Of a stretch of 64,000 bases of DNA, positions 22,419 through 32,503 are shown piece by piece. The notes beneath the pieces are model-generated. The model ran no database searches. It was not told where the DNA came from and was given only the letters and a program-made list of their open reading frames with translations. The stretch covers positions 2,272,001-2,336,000 of the forward strand of contig OZ242383.1 in assembly GCA_965209155.1 (NCBI GenBank), read 5' to 3'. The DNA is from a bacterium. GTDB taxonomy: Bacteria > SAR324 > NAC60-12. Every line of letters starts with the position of its first letter. The first letter of the stretch is position 1. The position numbers and the translations under genes are program-made.

Positions 22419-23355
22419 TGAGTCCAAGCGACGCACCGCGCTGGCTGATTTCTTCATCAGGCTTCTCAAGGAGAAGCCGCTGGGTATTGCCTGCGGGATG
22501 ATCGTCTTGCTCTTGATGCTGGTGGCGATCTTCGCCGATGTTCTGGCTCCCTATGTCTATACGGAAATGCACCTGGAAGACAGGCTGCAGGGCGCATCAG
22601 CCCAGTATCTCCTGGGGACCGACCAGTTGGGGCGAGACCTCCTGAGCCGCCTGATCGTCGGGACTCGCATTTCCTTAGGGGTCGGTCTGGCCGCGACCAC
22701 GCTGAATGTTGTGGTCGCCGTCCTGATAGGCGGCATCTCAGGATTCCTTGGGGGAAAAGTGGACCTGGTGGTGCAGCGCTTTATCGACGCCTGGATGGCT
22801 TTCCCGGGGTTGCTGCTACTGCTGACTATCATGTCCATTGTGGGACGGGGTCTCCCCCAGATCATTGTGGTCTTGGGGGTCACCGGAGGCATCGCCGCTT
22901 CAAGAGTCGTCAGAGGTGCCGTGATCGGCATCAAAGAGAATGATTACTTTCTGGCAGCCCAGGCGGTGGGCAACCCCACGAGCCAAATCCTGATCCGCCA
23001 TGTCCTGCCCAATATTATGGCGCCGATCATCATCATCTTCTCAATCAACATCGGAGGGGTCATCATTGCCGAGGCGTCGCTGAGCTTTCTCGGATATGGT
23101 CTGCCTCCCGATTTTCCCAGCTGGGGAGGCATGCTCAGCTGGGATGGACGTCGCTACATGGAGCAGGCGATCTGGCTGGCGCTCTGGCCTGGGTTTGCCC
23201 TGACGATTACCGTTTACAGTCTAAACATGCTCGGCGACGCCATGCGGGACCTGCTCGATCCCCGGTTGCGGGGCGGGCAGGGCAGTTACGACGCCACGAA
23301 GGTGAAACGCAAACGAGGATTCCTGGCCCGACTGATCAACCCGTTCCATCAGTAG
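22411..23355 (+). CDS. DppC-like permease
   Basis: LGTDQLGRD, RHVLPN, EASLSFLG, PSWG; start overlaps the DppB stop. Confidence 0.9.
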   Translation: MNNESKRRTALADFFIRLLKEKPLGIACGMIVLLLMLVAIFADVLAPYVYTEMHLEDRLQGASAQYLLGTDQLGRDLLSRLIVGTRISLGVGLAATTLNVVVAVLIGGISGFLGGKVDLVVQRFIDAWMAFPGLLLLLTIMSIVGRGLPQIIVVLGVTGGIAASRVVRGAVIGIKENDYFLAAQAVGNPTSQILIRHVLPNIMAPIIIIFSINIGGVIIAEASLSFLGYGLPPDFPSWGGMLSWDGRRYMEQAIWLALWPGFALTITVYSLNMLGDAMRDLLDPRLRGGQGSYDATKVKRKRGFLARLINPFHQ

Positions 23356-23391
23356 GAATCTCCCTCTCATCAAGACGGGTCGCAAAACCCA

Positions 23392-23975
23392 TGGGTGTTC
23401 GCTGGGGTGTGGGTGGTGCGATAGCCCAAAAATTCGCCCAAGAAGGGTTCTTTGTGGTCCTGACAACTCGTCGCACCCCAAACGCTACTCTGCTGGACAA
23501 GGCGATCCAAGTACAGGGCGGGGAAAGCATGATCGTCGAACTGGATTTGACCTCGAGTGAATCGATCGCCTTTTTAGACATTTTCAAAGGCTGCGCTGAT
23601 TTTGGCAACGCGGGCGCATTCGTTATCGGCGATGAAATCCCCGGTTGGCGTGATCTCGATCTCGCGAACCTCCCTCTTGCTATATACCTTGATGGTAAAT
23701 TTGCATCCCGCGGGGGGTTGAGCGCACCTTCGGAACCGTTTCCGCGTGATCGACGATTGGATTTTTCAGAAATGGTGGCCGGTTTGCACTGGGTAGCCAA
23801 TACCTTATCTCAGCGTGGATTTGGCATGCGAAAAGGCCAGACCATTACAACGGGTTCTGCAGCGCAGATTCTTGCAGAGCCCGGAGCGGAGGCAATTATG
23901 CGATACGGAGAAGGTGGAGAGTTTGGCGAAATCCAAATTCTAATTCATAATGACGCTTCCGGCGAGCGAAGTTGA
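23392..23975 (+). pseudogene. Chimera: SDR fragment fused to the C-terminal half of a 2-keto-4-pentenoate hydratase/FAH-like gene
   Basis: 23392-23569 nearly identical to 53941-54118; then AD.GNAGAFVIG...L.WVAN.L..RG.G...GQ.ITTGS. Confidence 0.75.
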
Positions 23976-24022
23976 GGGTATCCTCAATTCGGGCCGGACG
24001 CAGAGAATAGGAGGAAAGAAAA

Positions 24023-24943
24023 ATGAGCCTACCCACTTGGACCCGCGACGCCGGGACAATGAAACGAGATATCGACGAGCACGGATATTGTCTCTTCAAA
24101 GACGCACTGACACCAGCACAGCTTGCCGAAACGCGTGAGCGCCTCAGCGAGCAGGCCGAGGCCGAGCGCAAGGCGGGCGTCGTCCTCTTCGGTGACGGCC
24201 GGATCGGTCCGGAACGCGGACCTGGTAACAACCAGAATGTGAGCTTTCTCGGGAACAAGGGCCAGATCTTTCGCGAAATAGCCTCACGGCCGGACATTCT
24301 GGACATTGTGCGCCACGTGCTCGGCGAGGAAATCCGGATCCGTAACCTCTTGGCGAACATCGTGCGTATTGGAGGCCAGGAGCAGGGGCTGCACACGGAT
24401 CAATGGTTTTTGCCATCGGCCAGCCGCTACGACGAGCCGCCGATGCGGTCTGGGTCGATCACGCGCGCGAATCCTGGGCAACCCGAGATACCGGGGCCGA
24501 TGCTGATGCCGTGCGTCGTGATCAACGCCTTTTGGATGCTGGACGACTTCACCATCGAAAACGGTGCGACCTGCATCGTGCCTGGTAGTCACAAGCTCGG
24601 ACGCCGGCCGAACAAGGACGATCGCGCGGACCAGGTCCAGGTGACAGGCCCGGCTGGAAGCGCCTTCATTTTCGACGGCCGACTCTTTCATGGCGCCGGA
24701 CCCCACCTCTCGCAGGATCCGACTGTCGAGCGCAAGGGCCTCACCTTCGCTTACCAACCACCCATGTTCAAGCCCCACGAGAATTATCCGCTGGTGTTGC
24801 TTCCGGAGGTGTATGAAAAAGCCTCCCAAGAGCTTCTCGATCTCATGGGTTTCAAGGTCTGGTTCAGCCGTGAACACCTGGTCGACCACAACTCGGAGCG
24901 TATCACGCGCGACATACCGATCATCGGGGAACTGAAGCCATGA
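24023..24943 (+). CDS. PhyH-family Fe(II)/2OG dioxygenase
   Basis: GLHTDQ (HxD), WMLDDFT.ENGAT..VPGSH, GRLFHG. Confidence 0.9.
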   Translation: MSLPTWTRDAGTMKRDIDEHGYCLFKDALTPAQLAETRERLSEQAEAERKAGVVLFGDGRIGPERGPGNNQNVSFLGNKGQIFREIASRPDILDIVRHVLGEEIRIRNLLANIVRIGGQEQGLHTDQWFLPSASRYDEPPMRSGSITRANPGQPEIPGPMLMPCVVINAFWMLDDFTIENGATCIVPGSHKLGRRPNKDDRADQVQVTGPAGSAFIFDGRLFHGAGPHLSQDPTVERKGLTFAYQPPMFKPHENYPLVLLPEVYEKASQELLDLMGFKVWFSREHLVDHNSERITRDIPIIGELKP

Positions 24944-24971
24944 GCGGGGCTTCATAATCAGGAGTCAGCCA

Positions 24972-25889
24972 ATGAAAGTAGGATTCATAGGACTCGGCGC
25001 CATGGGCAAGCCGATCGCCATCAATATCGCAAAAGCAGGCTTCGAACTCACCGTTAAATCCCGGCGTGAGCAATCGCTTCAGGAACTCCGCCAGCATGGC
25101 GCCCGGGTTGCACGCAGCCACCGAGAGGTCGCCGAATCCGCGGACATCGTGTTAGCTTGTCTGTCGTCTATTGAATCCAGTGAGCAAGTGGCATTGGGTT
25201 CCGGTGGCGTCTTGGCCGGTGCAAAGAATGGCGACATTTACATCGAGCTGAGCACCATTAGTCCGGAGGTGGTTCATACCATTGCCGGGCGGGCGGCGGA
25301 AAAAGGCGTAACCGTGCTGGACGCCCCGGTGAGCCGCCACAGCGCAGACAGCCGAGAGCAGGGGACACTAACGGTCATGGTTGGCGGAGACGCAAAGGCC
25401 CTGGCCCGGGCAATGCCGGTGTTCAAAGCGTTCGGAGATAAAATCTTTCACGTCGGTGATAGCGGTGCGGGCGTGACGGTCAAGCTGGTCAATAACCTGC
25501 TTGTCGGAATCAATATGGTCGCCACCATGGAAGCCCTGGTGCTGGGCGTCAAGGGCGGCCTGAGCGTGCAGACATTGAAAGAGGTGATCAGCGCGAGCAG
25601 CGGCAGCAGTAAGATATTTGAAGGGATGGTCGATCTCATCGCCACACGCAGTCCCGAACCGCCGCCCGGACAGACTGCCGACCAGGGGCTGCATATCATC
25701 GGCAAAGATGTCAAGCTGGCCGCTGAGTTGGCCCAGAACCTGTCTATGCCCTTATCGCTGGGCTCGTCGGCTCTACAGCCGTTTCTCGCCGGCTTGGCCC
25801 ATGGATGGGCAGACAAAGAAAACTGGGTCATTATGGAAATCTTCGAGCGAATGAGCGGAGTCAGCGTGCGTCCGCCGGAACTATTGTAA
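24972..25889 (+). CDS. NAD(P)-dependent beta-hydroxyacid dehydrogenase (3-hydroxyisobutyrate DH family)
   Basis: GFIGLGAMG, STISP, DAPVS, KLVNN. Confidence 0.9.
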   Translation: MKVGFIGLGAMGKPIAINIAKAGFELTVKSRREQSLQELRQHGARVARSHREVAESADIVLACLSSIESSEQVALGSGGVLAGAKNGDIYIELSTISPEVVHTIAGRAAEKGVTVLDAPVSRHSADSREQGTLTVMVGGDAKALARAMPVFKAFGDKIFHVGDSGAGVTVKLVNNLLVGINMVATMEALVLGVKGGLSVQTLKEVISASSGSSKIFEGMVDLIATRSPEPPPGQTADQGLHIIGKDVKLAAELAQNLSMPLSLGSSALQPFLAGLAHGWADKENWVIMEIFERMSGVSVRPPELL

Positions 25890-26017
25890 CAAATGAGGCA
25901 AGACAATGAGCAGACAGAAGATCCGTTTTTCCTATTGCACCCCTGGCCCGAATCCGAGAGAAGCTGCGGACAAGGGGTCAAATCTTTTTTCGCTTTATTC
26001 AAGGTTTAAATGTGGGG

Positions 26018-26370
26018 TTAACCAATGAAGATGACGACATGCGATGCAACAAGATAAGATTGTAAAAGTATCCGATGCGCTAGCCACCGCATGGCGAGAC
26101 GGCGGCAGCGTGAATATTTCAGAAGACCTTTGGCCGACGGATCTCGAAGAATCCCTCGCGATACAGGATGCCTTCATCTCAGTGTGGATTTGGCATGCGA
26201 AAAGGCCAGACCATTACAACGGGTTCTGCAGCGCAGATTCTTGCAGAGCCCGGAGCGGAGGCAACTATGCGATACGGAGAAGATGGAGAGTGTGGCGAAA
26301 TCCAAATAACGATCGCATAACCGATCATCGGGGAACTGAAGCCATGAGCGGAGTCAGAGTGCGTCCATAG
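26018..26370 (+). pseudogene. Collapsed operon remnant (hydratase start + hydratase end + PhyH end + dehydrogenase end)
   Basis: Segments match 54707-54800, 23810-23938, 24918-24947 and 25851-25874. Confidence 0.8.
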
Positions 26371-26395
26371 CGATCATTTTATCAGGGAGCATCCT

Positions 26396-27376
26396 ATGAA
26401 AGTTTTATACATCGGCGGCACCGGCCAGATATCTTTTGACTGTATTCACCAGACCGTGAAAGCCGGTCATGAAGTGACCGTTTTTAACCGTGGCAAACAC
26501 AATGCCGGCCTTCCGGAATCGGTTGATTTTATCACCGGTGATTTTAATGATGACCGACAATATGCCCGGATCCTGGAACATGCCTTCGATGTGATCTGCC
26601 AGTTCCGCGTGTTTACGCCTGGAGAGATGAAAAGAGATCTGGAAATGCTCCAGGGGAAAAAATTACAATATATCTTTATTTCCACGGCCTCTGCTTATCA
26701 CAGACCGGTCCAGCATTTTCCCATTACCGAAAAGACCCCCCTCCACAATCCTTTTTCACCGTACAGCAGTCAGAAAATTGATTGTGAAAAATTACTTCAA
26801 AGTCAACGTAGCCTGGGCTATACCATTGTCCGTCCCAGTCACACCAGTCGGACCATGTTTACCACGGCCATGGTGGAAGGTGACTTTGCCGCAAGCCGCA
26901 TACTCCGGGACAAACCGGTCATTGTACCAGGGGACGGCACCAGCCTGTGGACCATCACTGCCGCAGAGGAGTTCGCCGTGCCGTTTACCCGGCTCATCGG
27001 CAACCGGCAGGCCCTGGGAGATTGCTTCCATTTGACCAGTGACAACTATTACAGTTGGAATGAGATCTATACTGCCCTCGGCAGGGCCCTGGGAAAAGAA
27101 ACCCGCCTGGTCCATGTCCCGTCGGATACGCTCATCAAATACTGTCCTGACTGGCAGTGGGCGCTCCATGGAGACAAGACCCATACAGCCATATTTGATA
27201 ACTCAAAAATAAAAAAAGTGGTCGGTGATTTTACCTGTAACATCACACTGGATGAGTTTATGCTGCGCAGGGCCACCCTTTATCGGGACTCGGGCCGTGT
27301 TGATCAAGCAATCGACACCAAGCAGGAGGCTTTGTTTGACCGGATCATCAAAGAGCAGAATGCTTTGGGAGGCTAA
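26396..27376 (+). CDS. NAD-dependent epimerase/dehydratase family protein
   Basis: IGGTGQIS, FISTASAY, YSSQK, TIVRPSHT. Confidence 0.88.
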   Translation: MKVLYIGGTGQISFDCIHQTVKAGHEVTVFNRGKHNAGLPESVDFITGDFNDDRQYARILEHAFDVICQFRVFTPGEMKRDLEMLQGKKLQYIFISTASAYHRPVQHFPITEKTPLHNPFSPYSSQKIDCEKLLQSQRSLGYTIVRPSHTSRTMFTTAMVEGDFAASRILRDKPVIVPGDGTSLWTITAAEEFAVPFTRLIGNRQALGDCFHLTSDNYYSWNEIYTALGRALGKETRLVHVPSDTLIKYCPDWQWALHGDKTHTAIFDNSKIKKVVGDFTCNITLDEFMLRRATLYRDSGRVDQAIDTKQEALFDRIIKEQNALGG

Positions 27377-27411
27377 AAAGGTGTTCCCACGAGGCGATTT
27401 AATTAATCTCA

Positions 27412-27966
27412 TTAAACCACCAGCTCTGCTGGTGCGAACCTAATAGGCTTTGCCGGTCAGACATGAGAAACGTATCCGTGTCCGTTAGCCGTGCTCGTGC
27501 TCGTGAACGGTCAGTGAATTCGACGGCACATTTTGGTTAACATAGAAACAATGCGATGAAGTAACTGTTTCCCTTCGTCAAATAAAGGAGGCTGGATGAT
27601 CTTCAACACGTTTAAAACATCGAGAATAGCAGCGCATTCCATTGCGGAACCTCGGGCAAATGCATAGAATCGTTGCTTGTCAGGAAAGGAATTTTTTCCA
27701 CAGCCTTCTGCGATATTGAGAGGAATCGACCATGAGGCCCTTTTCAGTTGGTCAACTAAGGCTGAGTATCCTTTTGGCAATGTTTCGATGACTTGGACAG
27801 ATAACGCTAAAAATTTGATGGAACATTGGTATACATCGAGTTTTTCATGATCTAACATGGCAGCCTTTTTCGTTCACGAGCACGAGCACGTCTTACGATG
27901 ACGAACACGTATTGCCCTCATACTGGGGGCCTCTTCAAGCCACCGGCTCTGCCGGTGGTGATGACT
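27412..27966. mobile_element. IS200/IS605-like non-autonomous element carrying a four-helix-bundle gene
   Basis: Related subterminal hairpins CACCAGCTCTGCTGGTG (27418-27434) and CCACCGGCTCTGCCGGTGG (27940-27958) followed by TGAC; no tnpA. Confidence 0.5.
27511..27858 (-). CDS. Four helix bundle protein (23S rRNA IVP family)
   Basis: HEKLDVYQ, DQLKRAS.SIPLNIAEG, ARGSAMEC. Confidence 0.9.
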   Translation of the reverse strand: MLDHEKLDVYQCSIKFLALSVQVIETLPKGYSALVDQLKRASWSIPLNIAEGCGKNSFPDKQRFYAFARGSAMECAAILDVLNVLKIIQPPLFDEGKQLLHRIVSMLTKMCRRIH

Positions 27967-27982
27967 TAGAGGAAAGCAAGAC

Positions 27983-28309
27983 ATGAAAGTTTTGTTAACG
28001 GGAGGAGCTGGATTTTTAGGTGCTCGGTTGGCACGCGCCTTGTTAGACAGAGGTGTTTTGACAGGAGTGACCGGCGAAGAAGAGGCCATCGATGAGTTAG
28101 TGCTCTTTGACTCGGTTGAGGGACCCGGGCTTTCTGAGGAAAAAGCAGGAGGCATCGTCGTCCGTCGTGTGGTTGGGGATATCTCGGACCAGGAAACCGT
28201 TCAGGGTTTGCTCGACCGGGATAACCTGTCGGTCTTTCACCTGGCAGCAGTCCCCAGTACCCTGGCGGCAGAAATGGATTTTGATCTCGCCATGCGGGTG
28301 AACCTCTGA
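27983..28309 (+). pseudogene. Extended SDR / D-erythronate dehydrogenase-like N-terminal fragment truncated by an ISCR copy
   Basis: TGGAGFLG, VFHLAAV, AE.DFDL.MRVNL, then ISCR sequence. Confidence 0.75.
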
Positions 28310-29019
28310 GAGAGTGGAGTTTAATCCAGAAGAGAACACGGTAACGGTTTATGAGAAACAAAAGAAAACTTCCTCCACCAAAACGGCCCATTACGATATA
28401 TTGGAGTTTATCGCTCTTTTGGCCGGACATATTCCGTCGCCATATGAAACGATTACATTTTATTATGGCATATACAGCAGTTCCTATCGCGGTAAGGAGA
28501 AAAAAGAAAAAGGGAGGGACGACGAAGAACCAATGGAGAAAACAATTAAAGGAAAGGCTAAAGCCAGTGCGAACTGGGCGCGCTTGATTCACAAAATTTT
28601 CGAAGTCGACCCTCTATTATGCCCAAATTGCGGGAAGGAAATGAAGATCATTGCCTTCATTACCAATTACCAGGAAATCAAAAAAATATTAAAGCATCTT
28701 GGTGAGGATACACAAAGAGCACCACCCCTACCATCTATAAGCCCATCCAATGATCCCAATGACTATTACGAGGATTACATGCCTCCTGACGAGATCTATT
28801 TTGCTATTGAACAATGGGTATCTTGAGAATTCTAAAACCCAGGGATTGCTTTGTCTAAAATCCGTCCTTTCAAACCAGGACAGAGAAAAAGCACTGAAAC
28901 ATTGAACAGAACACACAACCACCCACGAAACCTACCAAAAAATCAAAAAAAGACCCCCTAAAATTTGCCTTTACACACCTATTCCCAGGTGCTATCGTTT
29001 TATGTAATTTTTGATTTTT
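28308..29019 (+). mobile_element. 5'-truncated IS91/ISCR-like copy A (3' transposase plus ori end)
   Basis: Near-identical to about 40457-41168; followed by GTGG. Confidence 0.9.
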
Positions 29020-29249
29020 GTGGACACCGTCATACGCGCGAAGGCGGGTATCCACAGGGGTGGGGGGTGTTCGTCCCATCAACTCTGAACAGTTACTTTC
29101 GCTTCGCATCGCAAACACCGTTAACTCTTCTCCGACGGTTCGTCGCCGGGGCTCGTCAAGTTGGCATGATCGTTGGTATCTGTTCAGAGTCGGTGAGATT
29201 TGCACGAATTGTTCTCTCACTGTCATTCTACTATGAAATCATATGTCAA

Positions 29250-29470
29250 GATAGTTATGAAAAAAATTCTAACCAGTCTACTATTCGTGGTCCCAAAGGC
29301 CGACAAGTTACTTTTTCGAAGTCATTTTCATGAAAGGAGTTGGCATACTGAGCGACGATGATCGGAGTCAACAAGAATGACACCGCCATACTCCAGGAAC
29401 TTCGATAATGAGGTGTTGAACTTTTTCAAATTTCTTGGTTGTTGCTTTCTAGTAGATGAATCTCAAGGCT
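29250..29470 (-). ncRNA. Putative bridge/seek RNA of the IS110 element (ends approximate)
   Basis: Minus-strand order TGTCATTCT (29382-29374), CGCTCAG (29354-29348), AGTAACT (29312-29306), ATAGTAG (29284-29278) matches target-left, target-right, donor-left, donor-right, each including the core. Confidence 0.85.
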
Positions 29471-29480
29471 CTGTTTTTGT

Positions 29481-30545
29481 TTAAACCACTTGGAGCACAG
29501 GAGGTTGATAAGGTGTTTGATCGAGGATTAACCTCCTAGCCAAAATCACCAGTTTACGAGCGATGGCCACAATGGCCCGTTTGCCTCCGATGCGGCAAGC
29601 CAAGCGTTGATATTTGGTTTTAAAATAAGGATCTTTACGCACCAGAGTCCAAGCCGCTTCCACCAACATTCCACGCAGATCGGCTTTGCCGGAACGAGTA
29701 ATATGGCCCATGCGAATCTGATCAGAACTGGAAAACTGAGAAGGGGTTAAGCCCACATAAGCGGCGATTTGATCACTTTGAGCAAAACGCGTGAGATCTT
29801 CCAATTCTAATAAAAAGGTCATCGCTGTGAGCAAACCCACTCCGGGGATGGATCTTAAAAACTGAACGTTGAGTTGGTGTTGAGGGCTCTTGGCCAGTTG
29901 TCGAATGGCTTGAGTCAGACGAAGAATTTGCTCTTGGAGAAAATGGAATTCTTCCAGAAGCATTTGCATACTCAAACCAAAGCGAGAGTCGCTTTGAGCC
30001 AAGTTTGTTAATTCCAATAAAAAACTTTGAGTCCAAGAACCTTGGTCGCTGGAGAGCTTTTGTCCATGAAAACTTAACTCGGCTTTGATGCGATTTTGAA
30101 CACGAACTCGATTGCCCATGAGTTGACGACGATGGCGAATGAGTTTGCGTTGCTGCAAATTAGCTTCACTCGGAACATAAACACTTTTGAGCAAATCTCT
30201 GGAAAGATAAAAGGCTAATTTCTTGCTGTCTTTGCGATCGGTTTTTACTCGATTACCTGACTCTTGAGGAATCAAACTGGGAGGGGTGACCAAACAATCC
30301 ACCCCCCAATGGCTCAGATGACGAGAGAGCCAGTAGCCACAATAACCGGCTTCATAGACCACTTTCATCTCCAATGATTTGAAAGGATTCAAAAGTTTTT
30401 TTAAGGCCGACCAACTCGCTGGAATGGATTGACTGCTCAACTCGCAATCAAAGCTCCGAATGGTGACATGAAAGGTTTTTTTATGCACGTCGATTCCTAT
30501 ATAAATGGTTTGGCCTAATAATGATTCAATGTTAATCTTTTTCAT
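29481..30545 (-). CDS. IS110 family recombinase/transposase
   Basis: DEDD residues in GIDVHK, YEAG, KTDRKDS; SIPGVG; GLTP.QFSS catalytic Ser; A.ARKL. Confidence 0.95.
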   Translation of the reverse strand: MKKINIESLLGQTIYIGIDVHKKTFHVTIRSFDCELSSQSIPASWSALKKLLNPFKSLEMKVVYEAGYCGYWLSRHLSHWGVDCLVTPPSLIPQESGNRVKTDRKDSKKLAFYLSRDLLKSVYVPSEANLQQRKLIRHRRQLMGNRVRVQNRIKAELSFHGQKLSSDQGSWTQSFLLELTNLAQSDSRFGLSMQMLLEEFHFLQEQILRLTQAIRQLAKSPQHQLNVQFLRSIPGVGLLTAMTFLLELEDLTRFAQSDQIAAYVGLTPSQFSSSDQIRMGHITRSGKADLRGMLVEAAWTLVRKDPYFKTKYQRLACRIGGKRAIVAIARKLVILARRLILDQTPYQPPVLQVV

Positions 30546-30765
30546 AGCAGTCTCCTAAAAGATGGTTGTTAGTTTTTGCTGAAACTATTTAATATCACAA
30601 CCATCGGAGACTGTCTGATTTACATAGTAACTGAGGAGCGCAGCGACGAAGAATCTACAATCTCTCCCCCACTGGGGGAGAGATACAGAGAGGAGGTCTT
30701 CGCGATTCGACTCACGAAGACTGAACAGTAGCGATCGTTAAGCCGAAATTGAATCGAGCGCAAAA

Positions 30766-31425
30766 GTGAAGAAATACATTCTCTTTGACCATGATGGTGT
30801 TCTGGTGGATACCGAATTCTGGTATTTCAAAGCCGGAGAGCGCGCCCTGGCTGACATTGGATTTACCTTGGATAGAGACCAATACCTCCGAGACATGACC
30901 CAGGGATTGGCCACCTGGGCCCAAGCCATAGCGGCAGGTATTGATGAACAGACCATCAGCAGGCAGCGTGAGGTCCGCAATGTCTATTATCAGGAATATC
31001 TTAGAACGGAAGACATCGAGATCGAGGGTGTCCTGCAAACACTGGCCGAACTCGCGGATACGTACAGGATGGGTATCATTACTACATCCAAACCGGCCGA
31101 CTTCGCCTTAATACACGAAAAGCGATCCATCCTGGACTACATGGAATTCTATTTGGCTAGGGATGACTACGAGCAAGCAAAACCACATCCCGAGCCCTAT
31201 CTGAAAGGACTCCAACGCTTTGGCGCTACTGCCGCCGAAACGGTGGTTATTGAAGACTCGGCGAGAGGGTTGAAGTCGGCAGTAGCAGCGGGTATTGACT
31301 GCATCGTGGTTGCAAACGAGTTCACTGCAGCTCACGATTTGTCCAAAGCAACTGCCAGGGTCGCTACGTTTAGGGAATTGCCGTCTACTATAAGGGGCTT
31401 AGCAAGTTTAGCCAGGCGTCGCTGA
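30766..31425 (+). CDS. HAD-superfamily phosphatase, in an integron-type cassette
   Basis: FDHDGVLVDTE, KPHPEPY, IEDS.RG. Confidence 0.9.
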   Translation: MKKYILFDHDGVLVDTEFWYFKAGERALADIGFTLDRDQYLRDMTQGLATWAQAIAAGIDEQTISRQREVRNVYYQEYLRTEDIEIEGVLQTLAELADTYRMGIITTSKPADFALIHEKRSILDYMEFYLARDDYEQAKPHPEPYLKGLQRFGATAAETVVIEDSARGLKSAVAAGIDCIVVANEFTAAHDLSKATARVATFRELPSTIRGLASLARRR

Positions 31426-31454
31426 AAAGCGCGCGTCTGCTAAAAGCGTTAGGT
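31396..31454 (+). other. attC-like recombination site
   Basis: GGCTTAGC (one mismatch to the complement of upstream GTTAAGCC at 30737); inner stem TTTAGC(C)AGGCG/CGTCTGCTAAA with an extra base; GTTAGGT. Confidence 0.7.
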
Positions 31455-31728
31455 CTTAGAAAACGAGAGTCATGGAAATCGCATTTGGTTGCGGAGCCTT
31501 TGGATGGTACCCGCATAGACCCTTAACCCCAATTGATTACCCCTAGAGTGTGTGCCGCTCACATCACACGGCGCCAGTAGCCGTGGAACTGCGCCACTGC
31601 ACCCTTGCCGGCCGTCTCGTTGCGAGTGTAGTGGGCGGGCATTGCGGGCTAATGATCGGCCGGAGAACAGGTCGATGTCGATCAGGGTGTATCGCTCATC
31701 CTTCTCACGGGTCTGGGGGAAGTGATTC

Positions 31729-32503
31729 GGCTAATGGGGATCGCATTGAAAAAATTGCCAGGTATATGAGCAGGGCTGCTATCTCTGTTGAGAGAGTGGA
31801 GTTTAATCCAGAAGAGAACACGGTAACGGTTTATGAGAAACAAAAGAAAACTTCCTCCTCCAAAACGGCCCATTACGATATATTGGAGTTTATCGCTCTT
31901 TTGGCCGGACATATTCCGTCGCCATATGAAACGATTACATTTTATTATGGCATATACAGCAGTTCCTATCGCGGTAAGGAGAAAAAAGAAAAAGGGAGGG
32001 ACGACGAAGAACCAATGGAGAAAACAATTAAAGGAAAGGCTAAAGCCAGTGCGAACTGGGCGCGCTTGATTCACAAAATTTTCGAAGTCGACCCTCTATT
32101 ATGCCCAAATTGCGGGAAGGAAATGAAGATCATTGCCTTCATTACCAATTACCAGGAAATCAAAAAAATATTAAAGCATCTTGGTGAGGATACACAAAGA
32201 GCACCACCCCTACCATCTATAAGCCCATCCAATGATCCCAATGACTATTACGAGGATTACATGCCTCCTGACGAGATCTATTTTGCTATTGAACAATGGG
32301 TATCTTGAGAATTCTAAAACCCAGGGATTGCTTTGTCTAAAATCCGTCCTTTCAAACCAGGACAGAGAAAAAGCACTGAAACATTGAACAGAACACACAA
32401 CCACCCACGAAACCTACCAAAAAATCAAAAAAAGACCCCCTAAAATTTGCCTTTACACACCTATTCCCAGGTGCTATCGTTTTATGTAATTTTTGATTTT
32501 CCT
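31729..32503 (+). mobile_element. 5'-truncated IS91/ISCR-like copy B; ori end split by IS110 copy 2
   Basis: Identity to 40400-41170; remaining ATGTGG found at 36802. Confidence 0.9.

Larger units (their letters stand above)
29230..30632 (-). mobile_element. Intact IS110-family (IS1111-group) element inserted in a REP-like repeat
   Basis: CT core at 29228-29229 and 30631-30632; subterminal IRs CTATGAAATC / GATTTACATAG; empty site TGTCATT-CT-GAGGAGCGCAGCGACGAAGAATCT. Confidence 0.9.

Noticed and set aside
27511..27858. Avd-like protein suggesting a diversity-generating retroelement
   Set aside because: No reverse transcriptase or TR/VR pair seen
31550..32308. 252-aa ORF as an intact gene
   Set aside because: Chance read-in to a truncated ISCR transposase
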